Positions 19,241 through 29,420 of a stretch of 64,000 nt of DNA are shown in pieces. Numbering within the stretch: position 1 is the first letter of the stretch; every line of letters starts with the position of its first letter. Origin of the DNA: Eledone cirrhosa. Its lineage: Eukaryota. Position numbers and translations under genes: made by a program. Under the pieces are notes generated by a model. That model was given only the letters and a program-made list of their open reading frames with translations, did no database searches and was not told where the DNA came from. The DNA lies in assembly GCA_964016885.1 (NCBI GenBank), contig OZ024759.1, positions 15,252,001-15,316,000 on the forward strand. Direction: 5' to 3'.

Positions 19241-21295
19241 AATCATACACATACATTTTATTAGATAGACAGTTTATGTCAATAAACGTCACATGCATTT
19301 TGGATATTGTGTTCATGTGAAGAGGCTTTTTATGTGGCTTTCTGGCACATCTTAATATTAACCAGAATCTTTTGGATCTCTCATCTTTGATCATAGTCAA
19401 TATTATACCCGTCTAGTTTTGAACGAATTTTTTTTTTTTTTTCATATCATCAGCGTAATCAAAGATTAACTGTTGGTCAGTATTAACTAGATCGATATCA
19501 TTTTAACCTACGTAGCATAGAAGCATTTAGATTCTTCTTACGAAACTTCATTTACTTTTTTTGTTCGTTTTCAACACTTCATTTCCATTCTTAGTTTCAT
19601 TCTTTAGAAACTTGATTTACATTAAACTTCATTTACATTCTTAGTTTAGTTACACCCCTCGATGTAGGAAAGGTTTTCTTGTTTCCTCTATTTAAATCTA
19701 TATATAATAAAAGATAAAATAGAAAGAATTTAATATTCTTTTTATTGATAACGTATGTAAAGGACTTTCATTTCCTTTTACTGATGTCCAGCCTTCAAGG
19801 TCATATGCTGTGTTGTTTGTCGTAACACGTGGGAATGGCGAAGTTTCTGTTAATAAAAAAAGGTTACATTTTATATACAAATCCTGTTCAGTTTATTTTG
19901 ACAAAAATCAATAAAGTAGAGTTTTACCAATTGCCTCAAAAGGTAGATGGCATACGTAGTACTTTTACCTGTCACAAATCCAAACTGTAGAGGTATGTAA
20001 TGTTTTCTTTGCTCTATACACATACATGTTATTAGATACACACATTATGTCAACAACTCTCACACTTTGGATCTTGTGTTTATGTGGCTTTCTGAAACAT
20101 CATCTTCACCCACTCATTTCTTTGAAATTAAAAAATAATACACATACAAACAGTGTTACCCCTTCTAAGAAACTTAACTAAACCCTCTCGACACTATATA
20201 CATACTTTCTAACTCAAATTTCTCTCTATAAACCTCATTCTGTAGATCTTTCTTTAGAGACATACATATAAAACTATATACTCTCAACTAAGAAAAATAT
20301 ATAAAACTTCTCTATACCTTTCCTTTTTTCTTTTAATAAACCTCTATACACAGCTACATTTTATTATCTTCTCTATTTCTTTCACACGTGTCCTCTTGTA
20401 TATAGAGAGAAACCTTTGTGAGAATCGAACTCTCGATTGTAAACTTTACATAAATACTTTACGCATTGATGTCCTATTTTTTCGGCGCATGCGTACTTTA
20501 GTGAAAAATAAATGGCCGCATGAAGAACTTCATGTTTTACAACGTGAATTAAAAAAACGTTAAAAACTTGGATTTTACTAATTTTACGGAGGTAAAGTGA
20601 AGCTTTATTTTATGTTGATCAATTTTATTGAAACATTTTCTGTTTATTTCCCTCCATAATGTCAGAAATAATTATTTAAACATTAGTTTTGTTTAGCCAC
20701 ATCTTACATTCTAATGTAATACAACACCCTCCTCATACATATTTCTTGCTCATACGAAATAGTGTATTTTGTTAATTATTATTTAAGCTTGTAAATAATA
20801 TATTTCTATTTCCCTTCATGATATCCTCGTCTTTTGTAATCAGCGGTTAACTGTTGATCTGTGTAAACTAGATCGATATCGCTTTAACCTTTAACCTACA
20901 ATCATTTATATGCTTAGTTTCTTTCGTTAGAAACTTTATTTACATTTTTACTTTCTTTTTTTCAACACTTCATCTACATTCTTATTTTCCCACCAACAAT
21001 ATTATGTAGACGATAGTTTTGTTTAAGCTAGTGCCACATTTGTAAGTCATATGAAATAGAATTTAGCTTATTTTTTTAATTATTTAAATAATATATTTCT
21101 AGTTCCCTTCATGATATGCTCGTGTTTTTTTGTAAATTAGTTTTGCAGGACTTGTTCCTTCTCACACATGATGTTGGTTGCTATATTCTGGTTATTAATA
21201 TCAACCAGAATCTTTTGAGATCTGTCGTCTTTTCGAAATATATTTTGAGATGTGTTTCTTCCCTTTCCGTTTCTATATATTTTACCTATAAGTAT

Positions 21296-21441
21296 CGGTT
21301 CGGACTTCGTCGTCTATTTATGTATGGCGTGATCATTCTACGTGTCTGAAGTTCGAATCGTTACGAGGCCTTCGTGGCTTATGCAGCTGGGACTATTTGC
21401 AGGCTGGCTACTTGCTGCCCAGCGTCCCGGACCTCGCGAAC
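21296..21441 (+). ncRNA. Putative structured small RNA, copy B
   Basis: Near-identical to copy A. TATAAGTA directly abuts it, implying deletion of the 5' segment seen in copy C. Confidence 0.5.
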
Positions 21442-24409
21442 AATCATATACATACATTTTATTAGATAGACAGTTTATGTCAATAAACGTCACATGCATT
21501 TTGGATATTGTGTTCATGTGAAGAGGCTTTTTATGTGGCTTTCTGGCACATCTTAATATTAACCAGAATCTTTTGGATCTCTCATCTTTGATGTTGGTCA
21601 GTATTAACTAGATCGATATCATTTTAACCTACGTAGCATAGAACCATTTAGATTCTTTTTCCGAAACTTCATTTACTTTTTTTGTTCGTTTTCAACACTT
21701 CATTTCCATTCTTAGTTTCATTCTTTAGAAACTTGATTTACATTAAACTTCATTTACATTCTTAGTTTAGTTACACCCCTCGATGTAGGAAAGGTTTTCT
21801 TGTTTCCTCTATTTAAATCTATATATAATAAAAGATAAAATAGAAAGAATTTAATATTCTTTTTATTGATAACGTATGTAAAGGACTTTCATTTCCTTTT
21901 ACTGATGTCCAGCCTTCAAGGTCATATGCTGTGTTGTTTGTCGTAACACGTGGGAATGGCGAAGTTTCTGTTAATAAAAAAAGGTTACATTTATATACAA
22001 ATCCTGTTCAGTTTATTTTGACAAAAATCAATAAAGTAGAATTTTACCAATTGCCTCAAAAGGTAGATGGCATACGTAGTACTTTTACCTGTCACAAATC
22101 CAAACTGTAGAGGTATGTAATGTTTTCTTTGCTCTATACACATACATGTTATTAGATACACACATTATGTCAACAACTCTCACACTTTGGATCTTGTGTT
22201 TATGTGGCTTTCTGGCACATCATCTTCACCCACTCATTTCTTTGAAATTAAAAAATAATACACATACAAATAGTGTTACCCCTTCTAAGAAACTTAACTA
22301 AACCCTCTCGACACTATATACATACTTTCTAACTCAAATTTCTCTCTATAAACCTCATTCTGTAGATCTTTCTTTAGAGACATACATATAAAACTATATA
22401 CTCTCAATTTAGAAAAACATATAAAACTTCTTCTCTATACCTTTCCTTTTTTCTTCTAATAAACCTCTAACCACAGCTACATTTTATTATGGTCTCTATT
22501 TCTTTCACACGTGTCCTCTTGTATGTAGAGAGAAACCTTTGTGTGAATCGAACTCTCGATTGTAAAGTCCGACAACTTTACATAAATACTTTGCGCATTG
22601 ATGTCCTATTTTTTCGGCGCATGCGTACTTTAGTGAAAATTAAATGGCCGCATGAAGAACTTCATGTTTTACAACGTGAATTAAAAAAACGTTAAAAACT
22701 TGGATTTTACTAATTTTACGGAGGTAAAGTGAAGCTTTATTTTATGTTGGTCAGTTTTATTGAAACATTTTCTGTTTATTTCCCTCCATAAGGTCAGAAA
22801 TAATTATTTAAACATTAGTTTTGTTTAGCCACATCTTACATTCTAATGTAATGCAGCACCCCCCTCATACATATTTCTTGCTCATACGAAATAGTGTATT
22901 TTGTTAATTATTATTTAAGCTTGTAAATAATATATTTCCCCTCATGATATCCTCGTATTTTGTAATCAGCGGTTAACTGTTGATCTGTGTAAACTAGATC
23001 GATATCGCTTTAACTTTTAACCTACAATCATTTTTCATATTTTGTTTCTTTTTTTCAACGCTTCATCTATATTCTTATTTTCCCACCAACAATATTATTT
23101 AGACGATAGTTTTGTTTAAGCTACTGCAACATTTCTAGGTCATATGAAATAGAATTTAGCTTATTTTCTTTATTATTTAAATAATATATTTCTAGCTCCC
23201 GTCATGATATCCTCCTGTTTTGTTGTAAAATAGTTTTGGAGGACTTGCTCCTGTCACACATGATGTTGGTTGCTACATTCTGGTTATTAATATCAACCAG
23301 AATCTTTTGAGATATGTCGTCTTTAGTCAAGGTGAATATTACACCCGTCTCGTTTTGACCATAAAACTTAAATTTTGTACCCATTTCTTTTTTAGATATC
23401 ATGATCGTAATCAAAGATTAACTGTTGGTCAGTGTTAACTAGATCGATATCACTTTAACCTACATAACATAGAACCATTTCCATTCTTAATTTCTTCTCA
23501 CGAAACTTTATTTACTTTCTTTGTTCCTTTTCAACACTTAATTTACATTCTTAGTTTCTTTTTTCGTCATTGAAAACACCTAAGACTGTAGATGAAATTT
23601 GTAAAGAAAGAAACCTAGTTGTGTTTTTTTTTAGACATCATCATCGTAATCAGATCGATACCGCTTTCACTTTTAATCTACGTAACAAGTAACCATTTAC
23701 ATTCCGCTTTATGCACTTCATGTACATTCTTAGTTTCTTTCTTTATACACTTCATCTACATTCGTATTTTCTTTCTTTAAGAAACCTCATATACATTCTT
23801 AGTTTCCTCTATTTAAATGTTTTTATAATAAAACCAAAATTGGATGAATTTTATAAAGTTTAACATTCCTTTTATTGACAACGTCTGTAAATGACTTTTA
23901 TTTCTTTTACAGATGTCCAGTCATCGAGGTCATATGTTGTATTGTTTGCCGTAACAAGTAGGAATGTCGTAGTTTCTGTTAATAAAGAAAGTTTACATAT
24001 TGCCATTTTCAGTTGCGTCATATGTACTATCAGTGTGTCAACTGCTCTCTCCACACTTCTGATCTTCTCTATCAGAGCTGACGTGCTCTCTCTCCTTCTC
24101 TCTACTCGGCATATATACATACACATATTTATCTGTATATATGTACAAAAACCCCATCTTCACAACACCACCAATGCGTTAATAATTGTCTTATGTATAT
24201 ATATATATATATATACATACACACCCACACATATGTGTACATATATTTATCTCTATAATTGTTCTGTATATATGTACAAAATAATTGTAGATTCTAAATT
24301 AATTTGAATATAGAAACGGAATGTGAGATAACACACGAAATATATTTTGAGACGTGTTATCTCCCTTTCCGTTTCTATATTTTTTTAAAAAAATGAATAA
24401 AATTTTACC

Positions 24410-24417
24410 TATAAGTA
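24410..24417 (+). promoter_or_regulatory. TATA-like box of putative Pol III RNA copy C
   Basis: TATAAGTA starts 33 nt upstream of GGC at 24443; same spacing as at 27265/27232 on the minus strand. Confidence 0.5.
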
Positions 24418-24440
24418 TACTAATTTTACTTAGTAGAATT

Positions 24441-24607
24441 GTGGCTTTGCATGGTGATGCGCGTAGCGGTTCCGACTTTGTCGTCTACTTATGTATGGCG
24501 TGACTATTCTATGTGTCTGAAGTTCGAATCGTTACGAGGTCTTCGTGGCTTATGCAGCTGCGACTATTTCGCACTGCGTCCCGGACCTCGCGAACAATCG
24601 ATTTTTT
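24441..24607 (+). ncRNA. Putative Pol III structured small RNA, copy C (~165 nt)
   Basis: TATA upstream, AGTAGAATTG-TGGCTTT start context, B-box GTTCGAATC at 24522-24530, T6 run at 24602-24607. Same fold as copies A and B with a shortened inner hairpin. Confidence 0.55.
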
Positions 24608-25186
24608 GCTCAAAGTTTTATTAGAATTATCTCCCTTTTTTTAAACTCTTCTTTTTTTGAAGTTACTTTCGGTTATTTGGATGAAAACCATTTTGGATAT
24701 TACTTTCATGTAGAGAGGTATGTAATATTTTCTTTGCTCTATACTAGGACTAATATGTACACTTTATGTCAATAACGGATATATTAAGACTAATATATAC
24801 ACTTTATGTCAATATAGAATTTGTCTCAACATCACCAATTTCATATAGCTTTTTTTTCGACTTTTCAGAAAACATACATTTCAATAGATACATACTTTGG
24901 ATATTGTGTTCAAGTTTTATTTTCTGTGGCTTTCTTTGAAATTTCAAACGAAATACACACACAAATAGTGTTACCCCTTCTTAGAAACTAAATTAAGCCA
25001 TCTCGACACTGTATACATGCTTTCGAAGAAATATTCACCCAATGAATCTTGATTTCTCTTGACTTAGTTTCTTTGATACTTACTTTTATATTCTTAGTTT
25101 CTTTCGTTAGAAACTTCATTTACAATTTTCGTTTCTTTTTTCACCACTCTTAATTTCCATCCAACAATATTATTTCTAGTTCCCTA

Positions 25187-25368
25187 GGGCGGTGGATTGT
25201 CAGAGGGTCGGACGCCATGCTTTCCAGCATAGTTACGTCCCTTTACGATCTGAGTTCAAATCCCGCCGAGGTTGACTTTGCCTTTCATCATTACGGGGCC
25301 GATAAAATAAAGTACCAGTAATGCACTGGATAATTTGCTGGCCTTGTGGCTAAAGTAGAAACAATTAT
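25187..25368 (+). mobile_element. Full-length tRNA-derived SINE (partial second copy at 25430-25525)
   Basis: GGCGGTGGATTGTCAGA head, B box GAGTTCAAATCCC, central gactttgcctttcatc...gataaaataaagtaccag, tail agaaacaattatt. Repeated across the window. Confidence 0.85.
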
Positions 25369-25822
25369 TTCTAGTTCCCTTCAAGATATCCTCGTGTATT
25401 GTTGTAAATTCTGGTTATTATTAATAACGAACTGAGTTCAAATCCCACCGAGGTTGACAAAATCAAGTACCAGTAATACACTGGGTAATTGCTGGCCTTG
25501 TGCCTAAAGTAGAAACAATTATTAATAACCTTTTGAGATCTGCCGTCTCTGTATATATAATTTAAAAAAAGACAAAATTGGAAGAATCTTATAAAGTTTA
25601 ATATTCTTTTTATTGATAACGTATTTTCTTTTCTTTTACAGATGTCTCCAGCCTCCAAGGTCATACGCTGTGTTGCCGTAAAAATCGCGAACTTTCTGTT
25701 AACAAAGTTTACATATATACGAATCGTGTTCAGTTTATTTTGACAAAAATAAATAAAGTTTTCATATTATATACGAATTGTGTTCAATTTATTTTGATAA
25801 AAAAAAAAAAATTTTAAACAGC

Positions 25823-26560
25823 CTCATCAAGGTTTCGAATCCAACAGTGCCTCCAAAAATAGACGGAATCGCCAATGGTGCCAATCTAAGGAAAAAGAAT
25901 GGAAAATATCAATGAAGTGAAAAAGAAAAGAAAATTAGAGAAAGAACCATCAAGGGTTCGAATGTAACCGTCGTCCAAAATAGTAAGTAACATAAAGGGT
26001 AAAAAAGTAAGTATCAATAAAAGTGAACAATATAAAAAGTGTCATTAAGGGTTCGAATCCAACAGTCGTCCAAGAATGTAATAAGAACCTTAATGTAAAG
26101 AAAGTATCAAAGGTTCGAATCTAAGTAAGTCAAAAATGTAGTAAGAAGTATCAAGGGTAAGAATGTAATAAGAACCTTGAACTATGTAAAGAAAGTATCA
26201 AAGGTTCGAATCTCAGTCAAGAATGTAGTAACAAGTATCAAGGGTTAGAATGTAGTAAGAACCTTGAACCATGTAAAGAAAGTATCAAAGGTTCGAATCT
26301 CAGTCAAGAATGTAGTAACAAGTATCAAGGGTTAGAATATAATAATAACATTGAAGTATGTAAAGAAAGTATCAAAGGTTCGAATCTAAGTCAAGAATGT
26401 AGTAAGAATTATCAAGGGTTAGAATCTAAGAATCTGAGTTTAGATTCTAAGATTAGATTCTAAGTTTAGAATCTTAGATTCTAAGTTTAGAATCTAAGAT
26501 TCTAAGTTTAGAATCTAAGATTCTAAGTTAAAAAGGTTCGAATCTAACTGTCTTCAAAGA
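25823..26560 (+). repeat. Array of 8 GGTTCGAAT(C)-containing units (87-bp period in 26203-26377) ending in AGAATCTAAG/CTTAGATTCT micro-palindromes
   Basis: Motif at about 25831, 25955, 26050, 26112, 26203, 26290, 26377 and 26535. Confidence 0.9.
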
Positions 26561-26629
26561 ATGTTAATGACCTCCAAGGGTTTTAAGAATCTAGAAACTT
26601 CAAAAATATCATATTAGAAGAAATTTCTA

Positions 26630-26893
26630 ATATGCAAATTAGAAATTATATTAAAAGAAATTTCTTCTAATATAATTTCCAAATTAGCATATTAGATATG
26701 CAAATTAGAAATTATATTAAAAGAAATTTCTTCTAATATAATTTCCAAATTAGCATATTAGATATGCAAATTAGAAATTATATTAAAATAAATTTCTTCT
26801 AATATAATTTCCAAATTAGCATATTAGATATGCAAATTAGAAATTATATTAAAAGAAATTTCTTCTAATATAATTTCCAAATTAGCATATTAG
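26630..26893. repeat. 4 x 66-bp tandem repeat, each unit an imperfect palindrome carrying ATGCAAAT
   Basis: Unit atatgcaaattagaaattatattaaaagaaatttcttctaatataatttccaaattagcatattag at 26630, 26696, 26762 and 26828. Confidence 0.95.
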
Positions 26894-26918
26894 ATTTTCG
26901 AAATTAGCATATTAGATT

Positions 26919-27030
26919 AAATCTTCGACAAGTCTCACTATATATATATATATATATGTCGACATATATATATATATATACTATGTCGACATAGTAAATA
27001 TATATATATATATTTACTATGTCGAAGATT
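26919..27030. repeat. Nested palindromes centred on GTCGAC and (TA)n
   Basis: (at)n-gtcgac-(at)n; ctatgtcgacatag; tcgacatagtaaat..atttactatgtcga; outer aaatcttcgaca/tgtcgaagattt. Confidence 0.9.
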
Positions 27031-27077
27031 TTTTTCTTCTTTTTTTTTTTATCTAATTTGCATATTTAAAAAATTTC

Positions 27078-27234
27078 AAAAAAAAGGCTTCACGGTGGTC
27101 AGGGACGGGCCTTGCATCTATGTGCCGGCCCAGAATAGTCCCAGGCCGATGCAGTCGCACGCCACCACGAATAGAACGCCAGCCAGGGAGACTGGTAGTC
27201 CGAGACGCAGTTCGCACGCCACCGCGAAGGCCGC
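27078..27234 (-). ncRNA. Putative Pol III structured small RNA, copy D (~150 nt, diverged paralog)
   Basis: Minus strand: TATAAGTA (27265-27258), AGTAGAATTG-CGGCCTTC start, terminal stem cttcgcggtgg/ccaccgtgaag (with a G-U), core TGGGACTATT-hairpin-GTCCCTGACC, then T8. Confidence 0.6.
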
Positions 27235-27250
27235 AATTCTACTGAGTTAG

Positions 27251-28007
27251 ATAGTGGTACTTATACGTACTTTTGAAAGATTTTGTTGAAAAAAAAATTA
27301 ATATATGCAAACGGAACAAAGGGAAGTAATTTTGGATTTAAATATTTTTTTCATAAGACAATTATTAACGCATTGGTGGTGCTATGAAGATGGGGTTTTC
27401 GATGTCTGCCAACGGAGAGTTTAGGGAGTTTAATTGTGATGGTTTATCGAAGTTCGATGGTGACCGTCTTCTACAATTGTGGATCCTGTGTTGACTGCAA
27501 AATCTTACGATGGAGACGCAAATTAGACATGTCTCTAAATCTTTGTTTACAGTCAAGCGATAACCATAGATGATTATACAGGTTAGACAACCATAAGTGC
27601 ACCCCATAACAACACACACATTGCATTGCTGGTCATATGTGTGTGTTGTTATGGGGTGCACTTATGGTTGTCTAACCTGTATAATCATCTATGGTTATCG
27701 CTTGACTGTAAACAAAGATTTAGAGACATGTCTAATTTGCGTCTACATCGTAAGATTTTGCAGTCAACACAGGATCCACAATTGTAGAAGACGGTCACCA
27801 TCGAACTTCGATAAACCACCACAATTAAACTCCCTAAACACTCCGTTGGCAGACATCGAAAACCCCATCTTCATAGCACCACCAATCCGTTAATAATTGT
27901 CTTATGAAAAAAATATTTAAATCCAAAATTACATCCCTTTGTTCCGTTTGCATATATTAATTTTTTTTTCAACAAAATCTTTCAAAAGTATCTATAAGTA
28001 CCACTAT
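27251..28007. repeat. Near-perfect inverted repeat: 371-bp arms (27251-27621 and 27637-28007) with a 15-nt spacer
   Basis: Arms are reverse complements with only a handful of substitutions; they produce the mirror ORFs 27365-27661(-) and 27597-27893(+). Confidence 0.97.
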
Positions 28008-28243
28008 GCCGTTTACATATATCATTTTAGAAACGAATATTTAAAAAGATCGATACAAATGTGATAAATACGTACCTTGATGGATTCCAGGTTTAAGGAC
28101 ACATGATCCCAGTTCTGGGGGATGTTAAAATACAGGTCAACCTTTTATAAGCTGCCTTAGATGTAGACGGTAAGGAGGGACTGTATATCAGGAACACATC
28201 CTTACATGTAATCGTGGGCCGTATGGAGGTACAGCTACCATAA

Positions 28244-28800
28244 TCTATATATATAAAACTGAGGATGTCTGTCTGAGTTCGAATCCCTAAAGCTCGAGAA
28301 CTACCGAACCGACTGTTTTCAAACTTTACACATGTAATACTTATGTTTCAGGGAGTGTTCTGAGCAAAAACAATTTCAAATGTCCAAGGGACCCTATTAG
28401 CCTATTCTTTTCAAACTTTACATATGTATTACTTATGTTTCAGGGTGTGTTATGCACATAAAAATATTTAACTTTTTTTTATCTTTAGATGAAAAACTGC
28501 GTTTTTTAAGATATTTAGTGGTTTTTTAGGCGTTACGTCAGACCGATTTCCTTGAAATTGTAACTATGTATTAGTCAGTCTCTGCTTCATACCGTAAGCA
28601 AAGAAAATTCAACTTTCTTATGGGCCCGCATTAGATGAAAAACTTCATTTTTTCAGCTTCTTAGGGCTTTTAGGAGGCGTTACGTCTAGCCGATTATCCC
28701 GAAATTTTAAGGCATATTACGCACATGAAACAATTCATTTTCTTGATCTTCTAGGGCCCGCATTAGGTGAAAACCTGAATCTTTCCTGCTTCATCGAGGA
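28244..28800 (+). mobile_element. Helitron-like non-autonomous element, 5' part
   Basis: A|TCTATATATATAAAACTGAGGATGTCTGTCTG start typical of Helitron 5' ends, with internal subrepeats. No CTRR 3' end seen. Confidence 0.55.
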
Positions 28801-29069
28801 AAATCTTACACCCATGATACTACTGGGGGGGGGCAGCTACCACAGTATACTGTATAACAGGGACCTTAAAAGACAGACCCAAACTTATATTACATTTTTT
28901 ATTACGTTTAACTGTGGTTCTTATGGAGGCAGAGCTACCATAATATGCTGTAAATAAGGGACGTTTAAAGGACAAAACACAACATTAGATGTAACAGTAT
29001 ATCACGTTAAAAGGCAGGCCCAGCTCTCTAGACTGTAAGTAAACTTACAGCCTACACCGATATCACCAT

Positions 29070-29420
29070 TGGCAGGGCTGAACTAAACAGTCCTTCATAT
29101 CAGCTGCCTGGGGTGCATCTTCACATCAGATACCAACATTGAGAGGAAAATCCGCAACAGACTGGCAAAGGTGACCATTTGATTTGATAGACTGTACTAA
29201 CGTGTGAAAGATTAAACATGAAACTGGACAGTAAGAAGTTGTATAGGAGAAAGGTTCGTAGGTTTCTAGTCGAGGTGGGCTGCAGAGAATCATCGGCTTA
29301 ATCAGTATGGAGGATGCTCACAATCATTGGAATGACAGGACGAGAGAAGAAGGCTGCAGTTCGCAGGAAGAGGGAGGCAACAGCAAAGGCTTTGGAGAAG
29401 GAGATATGGGATTGAGGGTA
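29070..29420 (+). mobile_element. Old RTE-like LINE fragments (duplicated at about 31890-32240)
   Basis: LGCIFTSDTNIERKIRNRLAK resembles the RTE YLGS..S.D..I..RI.KA block; the downstream ..SVWRMLT resembles an RTE C-terminus. Confidence 0.55.

Larger units (their letters stand above)
19015..23325 (+). repeat. Tandem duplication of a ~2.1-2.2 kb AT-rich unit (about 19015-21230 and 21237-23325); diverged, shuffled pieces continue to about 25800
   Basis: Long near-identical stretches, e.g. 19500-20420 vs 21620-22540. Both units start aaatatattttgaga(c/t)gtgtttc. Confidence 0.9.

Noticed and set aside
21380-21441. HDV-like ribozyme or group I intron P7 reading of the structured element (TGGGAC/GTCCC, AATAGTCC)
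   Set aside because: Strand order of the pairing segments does not fit the HDV nested pseudoknot, and no P3-P6 group I core could be built.
24441-24607. tRNA gene
   Set aside because: Has a T-loop-like GTTCGAATC but no cloverleaf with acceptor and anticodon arms; the motif lies within a long stem.
25823-26420. CRISPR-like repeat/spacer appearance
   Set aside because: Repeats are degenerate, spacers resemble each other and become plain tandem units, there are no cas genes, and the context is eukaryotic.
27365-27893. Two 98-aa ORFs as independent genes
   Set aside because: They are mirror images created by the inverted repeat, with no recognisable domain; kept only as part of the palindrome finding.
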